NCBI GenBank assembly: GCA_965212055.1
Contig: OZ243041.1
Coordinates: forward strand, 32,001-96,000
DNA: 64,000 nucleotides
Direction: 5' to 3'
DNA from: Fidelibacterota bacterium
Lineage (GTDB): Bacteria > Fidelibacterota > Marinisomatia > Marinisomatales > Marinisomataceae
The notes under the pieces are model-generated. The model did not search any database. It was not told the DNA's origin and saw nothing but the letters and a program-made list of their open reading frames with translations. The position numbers and the translations under genes were made by a program. The first letter of the stretch is position 1. Each line of letters begins with the position of its first letter. Below, in pieces: positions 1 to 10,458 of this stretch.

Positions 1-233
1 CTAAAACAAAAATTGATGTTCAAAGATATAAAGGTCTTGGAGAAATGAATGCCGAACAACTTTGGGACACAACAATGAATGCCGAGACTCGAACCCTAAT
101 ACAGGTTAATGTTGATCATGTTATGGAAGAAGAAACAAATGTTCGCTTCAGAGAGTTAATGGGAAGCGAAGTAGAACACAGAAGAGAATTTATTACAAAG
201 AGAGCAAAATTTGCAACAAACATTGATATATAA
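1..233 (+). CDS. gyrB: DNA gyrase subunit B, C-terminal fragment (5' truncated by window)
   Basis: Frame open from base 3: [25 protein letters not shown]...[13 protein letters not shown], the GyrB C-terminal signature; directly upstream of gyrA. Confidence 0.97.
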   Translation, partial: KTKIDVQRYKGLGEMNAEQLWDTTMNAETRTLIQVNVDHVMEEETNVRFRELMGSEVEHRREFITKRAKFATNIDI

Positions 234-235
234 AG

Positions 236-2719
236 ATGGATTTAGACAGAGATAACACAATAGAAAAAGAGCTTTTAAAAGAGCTGGAAGAAAGTTATTT
301 AAACTATTCTATGTCAGTTATTATGTCGAGAGCTCTTCCCGACGCCAGAGATGGGCTGAAACCTGTCCACAGAAGAATTTTATATGGAATGCATGATCTT
401 GGATGTTATTGGAACAGGTCTTATAAAAAATCAGCTAGAGTTGTTGGGGACGTTTTAGGAAAATATCACCCACACGGAGACTCCTCAATTTATGATGCTC
501 TTGTTAGAATGGCTCAGGACTTTTCTATGAGACACGAACTTGTACAAGGTCAAGGAAATTTTGGCTCAGTAGATGGAGATAGGGCAGCTGCGATGAGATA
601 TACAGAGTCAAGAATGTCAAAAATTGGAGGAGAGCTTTTAAGAGATCTTGAAAAAGAAACAGTTGCCTGGACAAACAATTTTGATGAAACCCTTAAAGAA
701 CCAGTAGTTCTCCCCGCCGTCTTTCCAAATCTTTTGGTGAACGGATCCGAAGGAATTGCGGTTGGGATGGCCACAAAAATTCCACCCCACAACCTTTCAG
801 AAACAATAGACGCCCTGGTTGAGCTCATTGATAACCCCGCCGCTGAAGTAGAAGACATAATGAAACACATTAAGGGGCCAGATTTTCCAACAGGCGGAAA
901 AGTTTTGGGAGCCGAAGGAATAAAAGAAGCATATTCTACCGGAAGAGGAAAGGTAAAAATGCAAGGAAAAGCCTATACTGAAACCCCAGACAAAGGAAGA
1001 AGTAAAATAATTATAACAGAGCTTCCTTATCAGGTAAACAAGGCAAATCTTGTTGAAAAGGTTGCCATTCTCTCAAGAGACAAAAAAGTAGAAGGGGTTG
1101 CAGAAATTCGTGACGAATCAGACAAAGACGGAATGAGAATTGTAATAGAAGTAAAAAAAGATGCCGTCCCCGAGGTTGTTTTAAACCAGCTATATAAACA
1201 AACTCAGTTTGAAGATACTTTTGGAATAATTTTATTAGCGCTTGTTGATGGCACCCCACAGGTGATGTCTATTAAAAAGCTCTTAAACGAATTTTTAATT
1301 TTTAGACAAGACATTGTAATAAAAAGAACACAATTTGATCTTAGAAAAGCCGAAGATAGAGCCCACATTTTAGAGGGCCTAAAAATTGCCCTTAGTGATA
1401 TTGACAAAATTATAGAAACAATTAAAAAAAGCCCGGATCCAGCGTCAGCAAAAGAGCAGCTAATAAAAGGTTTTAAGCTTTCTGAAAAACAATCACAGGC
1501 CATACTTGATATGAGGCTTCAAAAGCTTACAGGTCTTGAAACTGAAAAAATTATTGCTGAACATAAAGAAATAATAAAGCTCATTGCAGGGCTTAAAGGG
1601 ATTTTGGAAAGCGAAGCAAAGCGCATGGATATAATCAAAAAAGAGCTTGTAGAAATAAAAGAAAAATATGGAGAAGAAAGAAGAACAGAGGTTATAGAAA
1701 AGTGGTCTGCCAAAGGAATGGAAGACATGATTGCTGACGAAGAAGTGGTTTTAACGGTTACCCACAACGGCTATATTAAAAGAACAAACATTAACACATA
1801 TAGAAGCCAAAGGCGCGGAGGCCGAGGGGTTCAAGGAGCCGGGAGAAGAGAAGAAGATTTTGTTGAACACCTTTTTACAGCGACAAACCATAGCTATATT
1901 TTGTTTTTTACAGACAGCGGAAAATGCCACTGGGTAAAAGTTTATGACATTCCCGAGGGGGGCCGAGCAGCAAAAGGAAGAGCAATTGTTAACCTTATTG
2001 AGTGTGAACCAAACGAAAAAGTAAACGCCTTTATTGCCGTTAAAGACTTTTCAGAAGACCACTATGTTGTGATGGCAACAGAAAAAGGAATAGTGAAAAA
2101 AACAGTTCTTTCTGCCTACTCTCACCCAAGGAAAAAAGGAATATATGCAGTAGAAATTAGAGAAGGAGACAAGTTGATAGAAGCAAGAGTTTCCACGGGA
2201 GACAACGATATTTTGCTTGGAACAAGAAATGGAAAATCCATTAGATTTTCTGAACAACAAATTAGGCCGAGCGGTAGAAAAACAATGGGGGTTAAGGGAA
2301 TTACTCTTAGTTCAAAAGACGACAAGGTTGTTGGCATGTTGTTGATCAAAAGAGAAGGCACAACGGTTTTGGTTGCCACAGAAAAAGGCTTTGGAAAACG
2401 GACAGAAATTTCTCAATATCGTCCACAAAAAAGAGGCGGAAAAGGCGTTTTAACAATGAGAACAACCGACAAGGTTGGAAAAATGATAACCATTAAAGAG
2501 GCCATAGACTCTGACGACCTAATGATTATTACCACAAGAGGCGTTTTGATTAGACAGCCAGTTTCTAAAATAAGAGCAATTGGAAGGGCCACACAGGGCG
2601 TAAAATTGATAAACCTTGACAAAGGAGCAATGGTTGCGTCCATTACAAGAATTATTTCTGAAGACGAAAAAGAAACAGAATTAGATGAGCCAGATAGCAA
2701 AGAACCTGAGGAAAGTTAA
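236..2719 (+). CDS. gyrA: DNA gyrase subunit A
   Basis: [28 protein letters not shown], catalytic AAMRYTE, GyrA box QRRGGRG, C-terminal beta-pinwheel repeats. Confidence 0.99.
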   Translation: MDLDRDNTIEKELLKELEESYLNYSMSVIMSRALPDARDGLKPVHRRILYGMHDLGCYWNRSYKKSARVVGDVLGKYHPHGDSSIYDALVRMAQDFSMRHELVQGQGNFGSVDGDRAAAMRYTESRMSKIGGELLRDLEKETVAWTNNFDETLKEPVVLPAVFPNLLVNGSEGIAVGMATKIPPHNLSETIDALVELIDNPAAEVEDIMKHIKGPDFPTGGKVLGAEGIKEAYSTGRGKVKMQGKAYTETPDKGRSKIIITELPYQVNKANLVEKVAILSRDKKVEGVAEIRDESDKDGMRIVIEVKKDAVPEVVLNQLYKQTQFEDTFGIILLALVDGTPQVMSIKKLLNEFLIFRQDIVIKRTQFDLRKAEDRAHILEGLKIALSDIDKIIETIKKSPDPASAKEQLIKGFKLSEKQSQAILDMRLQKLTGLETEKIIAEHKEIIKLIAGLKGILESEAKRMDIIKKELVEIKEKYGEERRTEVIEKWSAKGMEDMIADEEVVLTVTHNGYIKRTNINTYRSQRRGGRGVQGAGRREEDFVEHLFTATNHSYILFFTDSGKCHWVKVYDIPEGGRAAKGRAIVNLIECEPNEKVNAFIAVKDFSEDHYVVMATEKGIVKKTVLSAYSHPRKKGIYAVEIREGDKLIEARVSTGDNDILLGTRNGKSIRFSEQQIRPSGRKTMGVKGITLSSKDDKVVGMLLIKREGTTVLVATEKGFGKRTEISQYRPQKRGGKGVLTMRTTDKVGKMITIKEAIDSDDLMIITTRGVLIRQPVSKIRAIGRATQGVKLINLDKGAMVASITRIISEDEKETELDEPDSKEPEES

Positions 2720-3365
2720 CCAGCAGATTTTGAAAAACGTAACAGGCTCCCCACCCGCCCTAATAGCCGTAACAAAAACAAGATCTGTAAAAGAAATCAA
2801 TGAAGCAATTAGCTTGGGAATAAAATCAATTGGAGAAAACAGGGTTCAAGAGGCCGAAGTAAAGTTTCAAAAAATTTCAAAGGACGTAGAAAAAAGACTC
2901 GTAGGAAACCTGCAATCTAATAAAATAAAAAAAGCAGTAGCCCTTTTTGACTCAATAGACTCAGTTGGGTCTTATTCTTTAGCACAAAAAATATCCAAAC
3001 ACTGTCAAAAAACAGGAAAAACCCAAAGAATTTTAATACAAATTAACACTAGCGAAGAAAAAACAAAAAACGGATTTCTTTTAAGCGAAAAAAAAGAGGT
3101 TTTGAAGTGTTTTTCTTTGCCGAACCTTCAGGTTGACGGATTAATGACAATTGGTCCTCTTACCGACAACCAAAATAAACGAAAAAAAGCCTTTCAAAGC
3201 CTCAAAGATTTTTTTAGCATGATAAACGAAACCCTTTCTCCAAAAAAACAGGCAAAAGAACTGTCTATGGGAATGAGCGACGACTTTCTTCTCGCAATAA
3301 AAGAGGGCTCCACCATGATAAGGATTGGGACCAACATTTTTGGTTCCAGAAAAACAAATGCTTGA
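2685..3365 (+). CDS. yggS: YggS/PLPBP pyridoxal-phosphate homeostasis protein
   Basis: [46 protein letters not shown]; overlaps the gyrA 3' end by 35 nt. Confidence 0.95.
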   Translation: MSQIAKNLRKVNQQILKNVTGSPPALIAVTKTRSVKEINEAISLGIKSIGENRVQEAEVKFQKISKDVEKRLVGNLQSNKIKKAVALFDSIDSVGSYSLAQKISKHCQKTGKTQRILIQINTSEEKTKNGFLLSEKKEVLKCFSLPNLQVDGLMTIGPLTDNQNKRKKAFQSLKDFFSMINETLSPKKQAKELSMGMSDDFLLAIKEGSTMIRIGTNIFGSRKTNA

Positions 3366-3861
3366 TTTAAAAAAATGGTTTGATTCAAAACACTATATGA
3401 GACTTTGGAATGTGGGTCCCCCCGGCCTTCTTTTTTCTTTGGCCATTATACACGGCCTGCACTACGCAGAACAGGCTTTTCCGCTAAAAACGTTTTCCCT
3501 TTCTTCCGGCTGGCTTTTTGCCCTAATAACCCTTACGGCCCTTGACGCACTTATTCTTTTGTTTTGGGTTTTGTTTAGTCTTCCACCAAAAAACAGAGGA
3601 ATTAAATTATCAAAAAAGGGTGTTTATGGATTTATTCGTCACCCAATATATACTGCCATCGTTTATCACATACCAATTTTGTGCGCTCTTTCCTGGGGTT
3701 CTTATTTAATTCTTTTGTTTCTTCCTGTTCACCACATAATTTGGGGAAAGCTCGTCGAGAGAGAAGAGAAATACCTTGTTGGCATTTTTGGACAAGAATA
3801 TTTAGATTATATGAACGAAGTTCCAAGGTTTATCCCTTGGCCTAAACCGCGAAATTTTTAG
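3358..3861 (+). CDS. Isoprenylcysteine carboxyl methyltransferase / PEMT family membrane protein
   Basis: Hydrophobic helices, GVYGFIRHPIY, EEKYL..FGQEYLDYMNEVPRFIP; start placed at ATG 3358 overlapping the yggS end. Confidence 0.85.
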   Translation: MLDLKKWFDSKHYMRLWNVGPPGLLFSLAIIHGLHYAEQAFPLKTFSLSSGWLFALITLTALDALILLFWVLFSLPPKNRGIKLSKKGVYGFIRHPIYTAIVYHIPILCALSWGSYLILLFLPVHHIIWGKLVEREEKYLVGIFGQEYLDYMNEVPRFIPWPKPRNF

Positions 3862-3895
3862 AGAACCTGAAAAAAGCAAAAGAAAAGGACAAAAA

Positions 3896-6625
3896 ATGAA
3901 AAATTTTTTTCTAATTTTAATTTTTATACAAGGAACAATAATGACTCAAGAAAAAGCCCCAACACAAGCCCCCTACGGATTTGAACACATTAAAGAGTCT
4001 GGGGGGATACAAGAATATAAAATGACAAACAACGAACTAACAATACTGTTAAAAGAAGACCACAGTGCGCCGGTAGCAACCTTTATGGTAACTTATAACG
4101 TTGGGTCTAGAAACGAAGCAATAGGATATACGGGATCAACCCACCTGCTAGAACACCTAATGTTTAAGGGGTCTAGAAAATTTAACACAGACAAAGGAAA
4201 TTCGGTTTTTCAGCTTTTACAGTCTTTGGGCTCTAGAATGAACGCAACAACGTGGCTAGACAGAACAAACTACTATGAAACCATGCCAAGCGAACATCTT
4301 GAAACAGCAATAGAAATTGAAGCGGACAGAATGAGAAACGCCTTTATTAAAGAAGAAGACAGGCAGGCCGAAATGACAGTTGTTAGAAACGAGTTTGAAA
4401 GAGGACAAAACAACCCTCTCGGGGTTTTGGATGAACACATTTGGGCTACCGCATATTTGGCCCACCCCTACCACCACTCAACGATTGGGTGGAAGGCCGA
4501 CATTGAAAATGTTTCCATAGAAAGGCTTAAGGAGTTTTATGACACCTTTTATTGGCCAAATAACGCAACGGTCACAATCGTTGGAGACTTTGAAACAAGT
4601 GAAGCTCTTGCGCTAGTTAAAAAACACTTTGGCAGAATTCCAAAAAGCAGAAATGAAATTCCAGAAGTTTACACAGAGGAGCCAAAACAAGAAGGACAAA
4701 GAAGGGTTTTACTTAAAAGGGCTGGACAACAAGGGGTTGTTGGAATTGCTCATAAAACACCCTCAGCGACACACGAAGACGCCCCAAGCTTTTTAGTGCT
4801 ATCTTCCATTCTTTCTTCTGGAAAAAACAGCAGGTTTTATAAAAACATTACAGACAAAGGGCTCACCACAGGCGTTTTTATTTGGGACTCTTTGTTTAGA
4901 GACCCGGGACTTTTTGCGGTTTATGCTAGCCTTACCCCAGGAACCGAACACGAAAAAGTAGAAGCCCTTATTATGGCAGAATATGAAAAAATTAAGAAAG
5001 AGGGAGTAACAGACGAAGAGGTTGAAAAAGCAAAAGCACAACTTATAGCCGCCATAAAATTTAGACAAGACGGTTCTTTTGCTGTTGCGGGATCCTTGAA
5101 CGAAGCAATAGCTAGCGGAGACTGGACGCTTTTTACAACCTACGAAGAAAGGCTGGCAGGAGTTACAAAAGAAACCGTTAATGCGGTTGTAGAAAAATAT
5201 TTTCTTGAAGACCTAAGCACCGTTGGACACTTTATTCCAAAGGTCGGAGGAGACCAGAGAGGAAAAAGAGGCCCTTCGGGTGCTACGGAGCTTGCAGAGA
5301 TAAAAAAACAATACTTTTCTAAAGAAGAAAAAGAAGAAGGAGCCCTTGCAAGCCAGGTGAAAAGCTCTGAGCCCGTAGAAGGAATTAAGCTCTTTACCCT
5401 AGAAAGAGGGTCGGGCGTTGTTACTCTTTCTGGAAGTTTTTTGGGTGGGGACATTTATGCTCCAAGCGAAAACAAAAGAATACCAGACGTTGTTGTTTCT
5501 ATGCTTGATCAGGGAACAACGAAAAGCTCAAAGTTTGAAATAAGTGACAAAATTGAAAAAGCTGGAGCAATGCTAAGGTTTTCTAACGGAAAGGCAAGGG
5601 TTGGTTTTAATGGAAAGTTTTTGTCTGAAGATACGGCCCTTATAATAGAGCTTTTGTCAGAACAGCTACAGCTCCCCGCATTTAACGAAGAAGAGCTTGA
5701 AAAGACAAAAAAGAGAATGATTACAGCCTACAAAAAAAGCAAAGAAAGCACGAGAGGAAATGCCATAAACAACATGCTGGAGGGTTTTTATTCTGAAAGC
5801 CACCAAAACGCGCCGAACAATGCTGACGAATCTATTAAAAATATTGAAAAAATCACAACAGACGACCTAAAGGCTTACCACAAGGCCAACTATGGAAGAG
5901 GAAGCATGGTGGTGGTTGCTGTTGGGGACGTAGACCATGCTGAGCTTTCGAACATTATAGCAGAAAACCTCAAAGATTGGCAAGCCTCTCCTCTTGAGGA
6001 AAAAAAGGAAACCGAAAAAGGAACAAAGAACGCAGGAAAAGCATACGTAACAATGCAAGACAAAACGAGCACAGACTTTTTAGTTGGCGTGCCGCTTGGA
6101 ATAAACAGAGACCACCCAGACTACAGGCCTCTTTTTGTGGCAAGCTATATTTTGGGCGGAAACTTTTCGGCAAGACTAATGCAAACAGTTCGAGTAAAAG
6201 AAGGGCTAACATATGGAATTCGCTCTAGCATGTCAGGCTTTGGAAACGACACAGACGGATACTGGTATGTTGGAGGAACTTTTGCTCCAGAGCTTCTTTC
6301 AAAAGGAGAAAATTCCACGCTTAGAGAAATTAAAAAGTGGGCAAAAGACGGAGTTACCAGCGAGGAAGTTGCTGTGGCGAAGTCTACGCTAACAGGGTCC
6401 TATAAGGTTGCCTTTGACTCAACGGGCGGGCTGGCAGGAGGAATTTTGGCTGCCGTTGTTGACTGGGGAGGGCTTTCTCATTTAGACGACTATCCAGAGA
6501 AAATTAATAGCATTACCCCTGAGCAAGTAAACGACGCAATTAAAAAATATATTTCCGTTGAAGACCTGTATGAAGTTGCTGCAGGGTCTATTGACCAAGA
6601 AGGAAACCCTCTCAAAAAAGAGTGA
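3896..6625 (+). CDS. M16 family (pitrilysin/insulinase-like) zinc peptidase, fused two-half form, probably exported
   Basis: Inverted zincin motif HLLEHLMFKGS, NATTWLDRTNYY, second half ARLMQTVRVKEGLTYG; N-terminal hydrophobic signal. Confidence 0.93.
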   Translation: MKNFFLILIFIQGTIMTQEKAPTQAPYGFEHIKESGGIQEYKMTNNELTILLKEDHSAPVATFMVTYNVGSRNEAIGYTGSTHLLEHLMFKGSRKFNTDKGNSVFQLLQSLGSRMNATTWLDRTNYYETMPSEHLETAIEIEADRMRNAFIKEEDRQAEMTVVRNEFERGQNNPLGVLDEHIWATAYLAHPYHHSTIGWKADIENVSIERLKEFYDTFYWPNNATVTIVGDFETSEALALVKKHFGRIPKSRNEIPEVYTEEPKQEGQRRVLLKRAGQQGVVGIAHKTPSATHEDAPSFLVLSSILSSGKNSRFYKNITDKGLTTGVFIWDSLFRDPGLFAVYASLTPGTEHEKVEALIMAEYEKIKKEGVTDEEVEKAKAQLIAAIKFRQDGSFAVAGSLNEAIASGDWTLFTTYEERLAGVTKETVNAVVEKYFLEDLSTVGHFIPKVGGDQRGKRGPSGATELAEIKKQYFSKEEKEEGALASQVKSSEPVEGIKLFTLERGSGVVTLSGSFLGGDIYAPSENKRIPDVVVSMLDQGTTKSSKFEISDKIEKAGAMLRFSNGKARVGFNGKFLSEDTALIIELLSEQLQLPAFNEEELEKTKKRMITAYKKSKESTRGNAINNMLEGFYSESHQNAPNNADESIKNIEKITTDDLKAYHKANYGRGSMVVVAVGDVDHAELSNIIAENLKDWQASPLEEKKETEKGTKNAGKAYVTMQDKTSTDFLVGVPLGINRDHPDYRPLFVASYILGGNFSARLMQTVRVKEGLTYGIRSSMSGFGNDTDGYWYVGGTFAPELLSKGENSTLREIKKWAKDGVTSEEVAVAKSTLTGSYKVAFDSTGGLAGGILAAVVDWGGLSHLDDYPEKINSITPEQVNDAIKKYISVEDLYEVAAGSIDQEGNPLKKE

Positions 6626-7065
6626 GAGTTATTTTGATAGCGGCCATCACGCTAGATGGCTTTATTGCAAGATCGTCGAAAGATAAGATGGAGTGGTCAC
6701 TAGACCAGGCCCTTTTTAAGAAACAAACAACAAACCACACGGTTTTTATTGGCTCAACAACTGCGAAGATCTTGAGCTCTTCTCTTCCAGACAGAAACCT
6801 TGTTGTCATCAACAGGGACTCAAGCCCCAAAACCCTCCTTTCTTCTGTAAAAGAAGACGTTTGTTTTGTGGCGGGAGGAGCCCGAACCAACCTGCTGTTT
6901 TTTGAAGAGATCACAGACATGTTTTTAACCCCCCACCCCCTTTTTTTTAAAAAAGGACTACCCCTTTTTCATGGGGGCCCAAAAAAAATAGAAACAAAAC
7001 TAAATAAACGATTAGGGGTTGACTCTGTTAAAGATTTGTATCAATATCAATATACTGTCAGATGA
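6622..7065 (+). CDS. Dihydrofolate reductase / RibD C-terminal family protein
   Basis: VILIAAITLDGFIA, W..D...FK..T, VFIGSTT, RNLVVI, VAGGA motifs of the DHFR fold; GTG start overlaps the upstream stop. Confidence 0.75.
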   Translation: MRVILIAAITLDGFIARSSKDKMEWSLDQALFKKQTTNHTVFIGSTTAKILSSSLPDRNLVVINRDSSPKTLLSSVKEDVCFVAGGARTNLLFFEEITDMFLTPHPLFFKKGLPLFHGGPKKIETKLNKRLGVDSVKDLYQYQYTVR

Positions 7066-9455
7066 AAAAAACGCTCCAAACACTCACTCTTTTATTATTG
7101 GTTGCCGGAGTTCTTTTTGTAAAAAACTATTTAAAACCCACAGAAGTTCTTTATAGCGGAACAATTGAAACTCCAAACATAACAGCCCCCGTCGAGGTTT
7201 ATTTTGACGGCTATGGGGTTCCGCATATTTTTGCAGAGAACGATGACGACATGTTTTTTGTTGCCGGATACCTCGGGGCAAGAGACAGGCTCTTTCAAAT
7301 GGCCTTTATGAAATACACCTACAAAGGACAGCTTTCAAAGGTTGTAAACGACACGCTTTTTGCTGAGGATGAATTTTTAAGAACCCTGGGGTTTGAATCT
7401 ATTGCAGAAAAAACCCTAGAAAAAATTCCAAAAGACCTTCTGTCGCACCTTCAAAAAACGTGTGATGGAATAAACGCCTATGCCCAGACGCTAAGCCCAA
7501 AAGAATACCCGCTTGAGTTTAGGCTTATTGGAATAGAAGAGCTGCCAACGTTTGAACCCAAAGACATTGCTGGGCTTTCAACCCTGATGGCGTGGGAGCT
7601 TCAAGGGGGTTGGGACTCAGAGCTCTTTTTTGGAGCAATACAAGAACAGTTTGGGCCTGAGCACTTGGCAGACATTCTTCCTGGATATAGACCAAACTAT
7701 GTTACAATAGCGTCTTCAGAGAATGTTCTTTTGTTGGGATACCAAGAGTTTGCCGAGAAAGCAAGCGGGCTGCGCAATGTCCTAAAAACAGAAAGGTCTG
7801 GCTATGGATCAAATGTTTGGGTTGTTTCTGGCGAAAAAACACTAACAAAAAAACCGCTGTTAGCAAATGACCCCCACCTGGCCTTTAATCAGCCACCGTG
7901 GTGGTATGAGATTAGACTAAAAAGCAATAACTACAATTTTGGCGGCTATGGCCTATATGGGTTTCCCCTCCCCGTTCTTGGTCACAACGAGCACATAGCA
8001 TGGGGCTTTACAAACGTAATGGCAGACGACATGGATTTTTATGTTGAAAAACTCAACGAAGACCTAACAGAGTATTATTTAGATGGGGAGTGGTTGCCCT
8101 TAACAATAAAAAAAGAAACAATGAAGCTAAGGTCTGGAGAAGAAAAAGAAATAATAATTAAATCAACCCACCGTGGACCCATTGTTTCTGGAATACATCC
8201 AGACGAAAAAAAGAACAACAGAGCAATCTCGTTTAGGTGGACAGAGTTTGACGCCTTTGACGAAACAACGGCTATGTTTGGAATGGCTAAGGCAAAAAAT
8301 TGGGAAGAATTTTCTGAAGCCAGCAAAACCTTTGGTGCCCCAGGCCAAAACCTTACATACGCCGACACCAAAGGAAACATTGGTTGGCGCCCGGGGGTAA
8401 AAATCCCAATAAGAGAAGGGGCAGAGACTCTCCTTCCTTTTGATGGAACAACAAGCAAGCACGACTGGAAAGGGTATGTTCCTTTTGAAGAAATGCCGTT
8501 TTTGTTTAACCCAGAAAAAGGATACATCTCAAACGGGAACAACAAAACAATAGACAACTCATACCCCCACTACATTTCCAGGTATTGGGCAGACCCAAGC
8601 CGCGCAACCCAAATAGAAAGAAGACTAAAAGGCCTAGAAAAAGTAAACATAAAAGACATGGCAGACATTCAAAACGACATTACATCTCCTTTTGCACAGG
8701 AGTATGTAAAAGTTTTTACAAAAATATATAGAGAAAACTCTTCTGTCGAGGGAGACAAGGTACACGCCCTATTAAAAGATTGGGACGGAAAAGAAACAAC
8801 AGAATCGCAAGCAGCTCTTGCTTTTCACCTTTTATATCTTGCGATAGTAGAAAACCTTTTTGAAGACGAACTAAGGCTTCTTGGAAAAAGCTCAATGAAA
8901 ACCCTTTTAAGTCTAAAGTATATAAAGTCCCTCGCTGTGCGTAAAGCTTTTGAAGAAAAAGGCTCTTCCTGGGTAGACAACGTTGATACCCCAACAAAAG
9001 AAGAAACACTGGAAGACATTATTAATCAGTCTTTTAAGCAAGCCGGCGAAAAGCTGATCACGTTTAAAGAGAAAACCTGGGGCAGCGTGCACACCCTAAC
9101 GGTTGAACACCGGCTCGACAACGACCCCCTTGTAAAAAAATGGATTAATTTTAGTGTTGGCCCTTTCCCTATGGCAGGGTCAGACAAAACCCCAAGGGCG
9201 GCAAGCTATAAAGCAAGAGACCCTTTTGAGGTTGTTGCGGGCGCATCAATGAGAAGAATTATTGATTTATCTAACCTTGACAACGGCTTAAGCGTTCTTC
9301 CAACCGGCCAATCAGGTCTTTTTGGGTCAAAACATTATGACGACCAATCTTCTTTGTATAACAGCGACAACTATAAGCCTTTCCAGTTTCACGAAGAAAC
9401 AATAAAAAACGACCCCAACATGAAAAAACTTGTTTTTTTACCAACTAGTCGTTAA
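7062..9455 (+). CDS. Penicillin acylase family (S45) Ntn hydrolase, membrane-anchored
   Basis: DGYGVPHIFA, DRLFQM, GSNVWVVSG (Ser nucleophile), LLANDPHL, GASMRRIID, PTGQSG...HYDDQ. Confidence 0.95.
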   Translation: MKKTLQTLTLLLLVAGVLFVKNYLKPTEVLYSGTIETPNITAPVEVYFDGYGVPHIFAENDDDMFFVAGYLGARDRLFQMAFMKYTYKGQLSKVVNDTLFAEDEFLRTLGFESIAEKTLEKIPKDLLSHLQKTCDGINAYAQTLSPKEYPLEFRLIGIEELPTFEPKDIAGLSTLMAWELQGGWDSELFFGAIQEQFGPEHLADILPGYRPNYVTIASSENVLLLGYQEFAEKASGLRNVLKTERSGYGSNVWVVSGEKTLTKKPLLANDPHLAFNQPPWWYEIRLKSNNYNFGGYGLYGFPLPVLGHNEHIAWGFTNVMADDMDFYVEKLNEDLTEYYLDGEWLPLTIKKETMKLRSGEEKEIIIKSTHRGPIVSGIHPDEKKNNRAISFRWTEFDAFDETTAMFGMAKAKNWEEFSEASKTFGAPGQNLTYADTKGNIGWRPGVKIPIREGAETLLPFDGTTSKHDWKGYVPFEEMPFLFNPEKGYISNGNNKTIDNSYPHYISRYWADPSRATQIERRLKGLEKVNIKDMADIQNDITSPFAQEYVKVFTKIYRENSSVEGDKVHALLKDWDGKETTESQAALAFHLLYLAIVENLFEDELRLLGKSSMKTLLSLKYIKSLAVRKAFEEKGSSWVDNVDTPTKEETLEDIINQSFKQAGEKLITFKEKTWGSVHTLTVEHRLDNDPLVKKWINFSVGPFPMAGSDKTPRAASYKARDPFEVVAGASMRRIIDLSNLDNGLSVLPTGQSGLFGSKHYDDQSSLYNSDNYKPFQFHEETIKNDPNMKKLVFLPTSR

Positions 9456-10446
9456 CAAAAACCAGCTTACCAAGAACCCTTCTTTCAGCAATTGCCTTAA
9501 TTGACGCAACGGCGTCTTTCATTGGAACCGTGTTTGAAATAAAAGGAGTAATTTTTCCCTCGCTAAGCAACCTTCCTATTTCAGCTAGATTTTTTGTGTT
9601 TTGCTTTGGCTCTGTGGCCTGAAACCTGCCAATAAAAACGCCGGAAACAGCACACCCTTTTAAAAGCATTAGGTTGGTAGGAAAGGATGGGATTTTTCCA
9701 CCAGCAAAACCAACTACCAAGTAGGTTCCCGCCCAACCAATTGCCCTTAGGGCTGGTTCGGCATAACAGTCACCAACCGGGTCATATATAATGTCGTAAC
9801 CGCCTTTTGTGCTTTTCGATTTTAACTCTTGTGTAAAAGCAATCTGTTCTTCTTTGTTTAGTTTGTCTGTTCCGTAAACAACAACCTCGTCTGCTCCGTA
9901 GCTAGCACAAACCTCAGCCTTCTCTTTGGTAGAAACTGCGGCCACAACCCGTGCACCATATGCTCTTGCGATATCAACTGCCGCAAGACCAACCCCGCCA
10001 GAAGCCCCCAAAACCAAAACCTCGTCACCGTTTTTAATGTTTGCTCTTTGTACAAGGGCGTGGAAGCTTGTGGTGTAAACCATAAACATTCCGCCAGCCA
10101 CATGAAACGGTAGCTCTTTAGGCAGGGGAAACACAAAATTTTCTGGAACAACAATTTTTTCAGCAAATGCCCCAAAGCCCTTAAAAAAAGCTACCTTGTC
10201 ACCAACTTCAAAAGAAGAAACCTTCTTTCCAACGCCGCTCACGATCCCCGCGCCCTCATGTCCGGGAGAGAAGGGGAGCTCGGGCTTAAATTGATAAAGC
10301 CCCCGAACAATAAGGTTGTCTGGATAGTTTAGCCCAGCGGCCTTTACATCAACAACTATCTCGTTGTCTTCCGGGACCGGATCTGGAACCTCTTCCCAAG
10401 AAAGGCTTTCTACTGGGGCAAACTCTTTGCACATAATCGCTTTCAT
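9445..10446 (-). CDS. NADPH:quinone oxidoreductase (zeta-crystallin-like MDR family)
   Basis: AAGLNYPD, GLYQFKPELPFSPGHEGAG, VLVLGASGGVGLAAV, YLVVGFAGG. Confidence 0.92.
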   Translation of the reverse strand: MKAIMCKEFAPVESLSWEEVPDPVPEDNEIVVDVKAAGLNYPDNLIVRGLYQFKPELPFSPGHEGAGIVSGVGKKVSSFEVGDKVAFFKGFGAFAEKIVVPENFVFPLPKELPFHVAGGMFMVYTTSFHALVQRANIKNGDEVLVLGASGGVGLAAVDIARAYGARVVAAVSTKEKAEVCASYGADEVVVYGTDKLNKEEQIAFTQELKSKSTKGGYDIIYDPVGDCYAEPALRAIGWAGTYLVVGFAGGKIPSFPTNLMLLKGCAVSGVFIGRFQATEPKQNTKNLAEIGRLLSEGKITPFISNTVPMKDAVASIKAIAERRVLGKLVFVND

Positions 10447-10458
10447 TTTTATTTCCTC

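Noticed and set aside
464..515. Quinolone-resistance substitution in the GyrA QRDR
   Set aside because: [10 protein letters not shown] retains Ser and Asp at the positions equivalent to E. coli 83 and 87
6929..6954. Phase-variable homopolymer tract
   Set aside because: Runs are at most 8 nt, such runs are common across the left third of the window, and the frame is intact
7062..9455. Antibiotic-resistance or quorum-quenching call for the penicillin acylase
   Set aside because: S45 substrate cannot be inferred from the motifs seen, and the family is widespread
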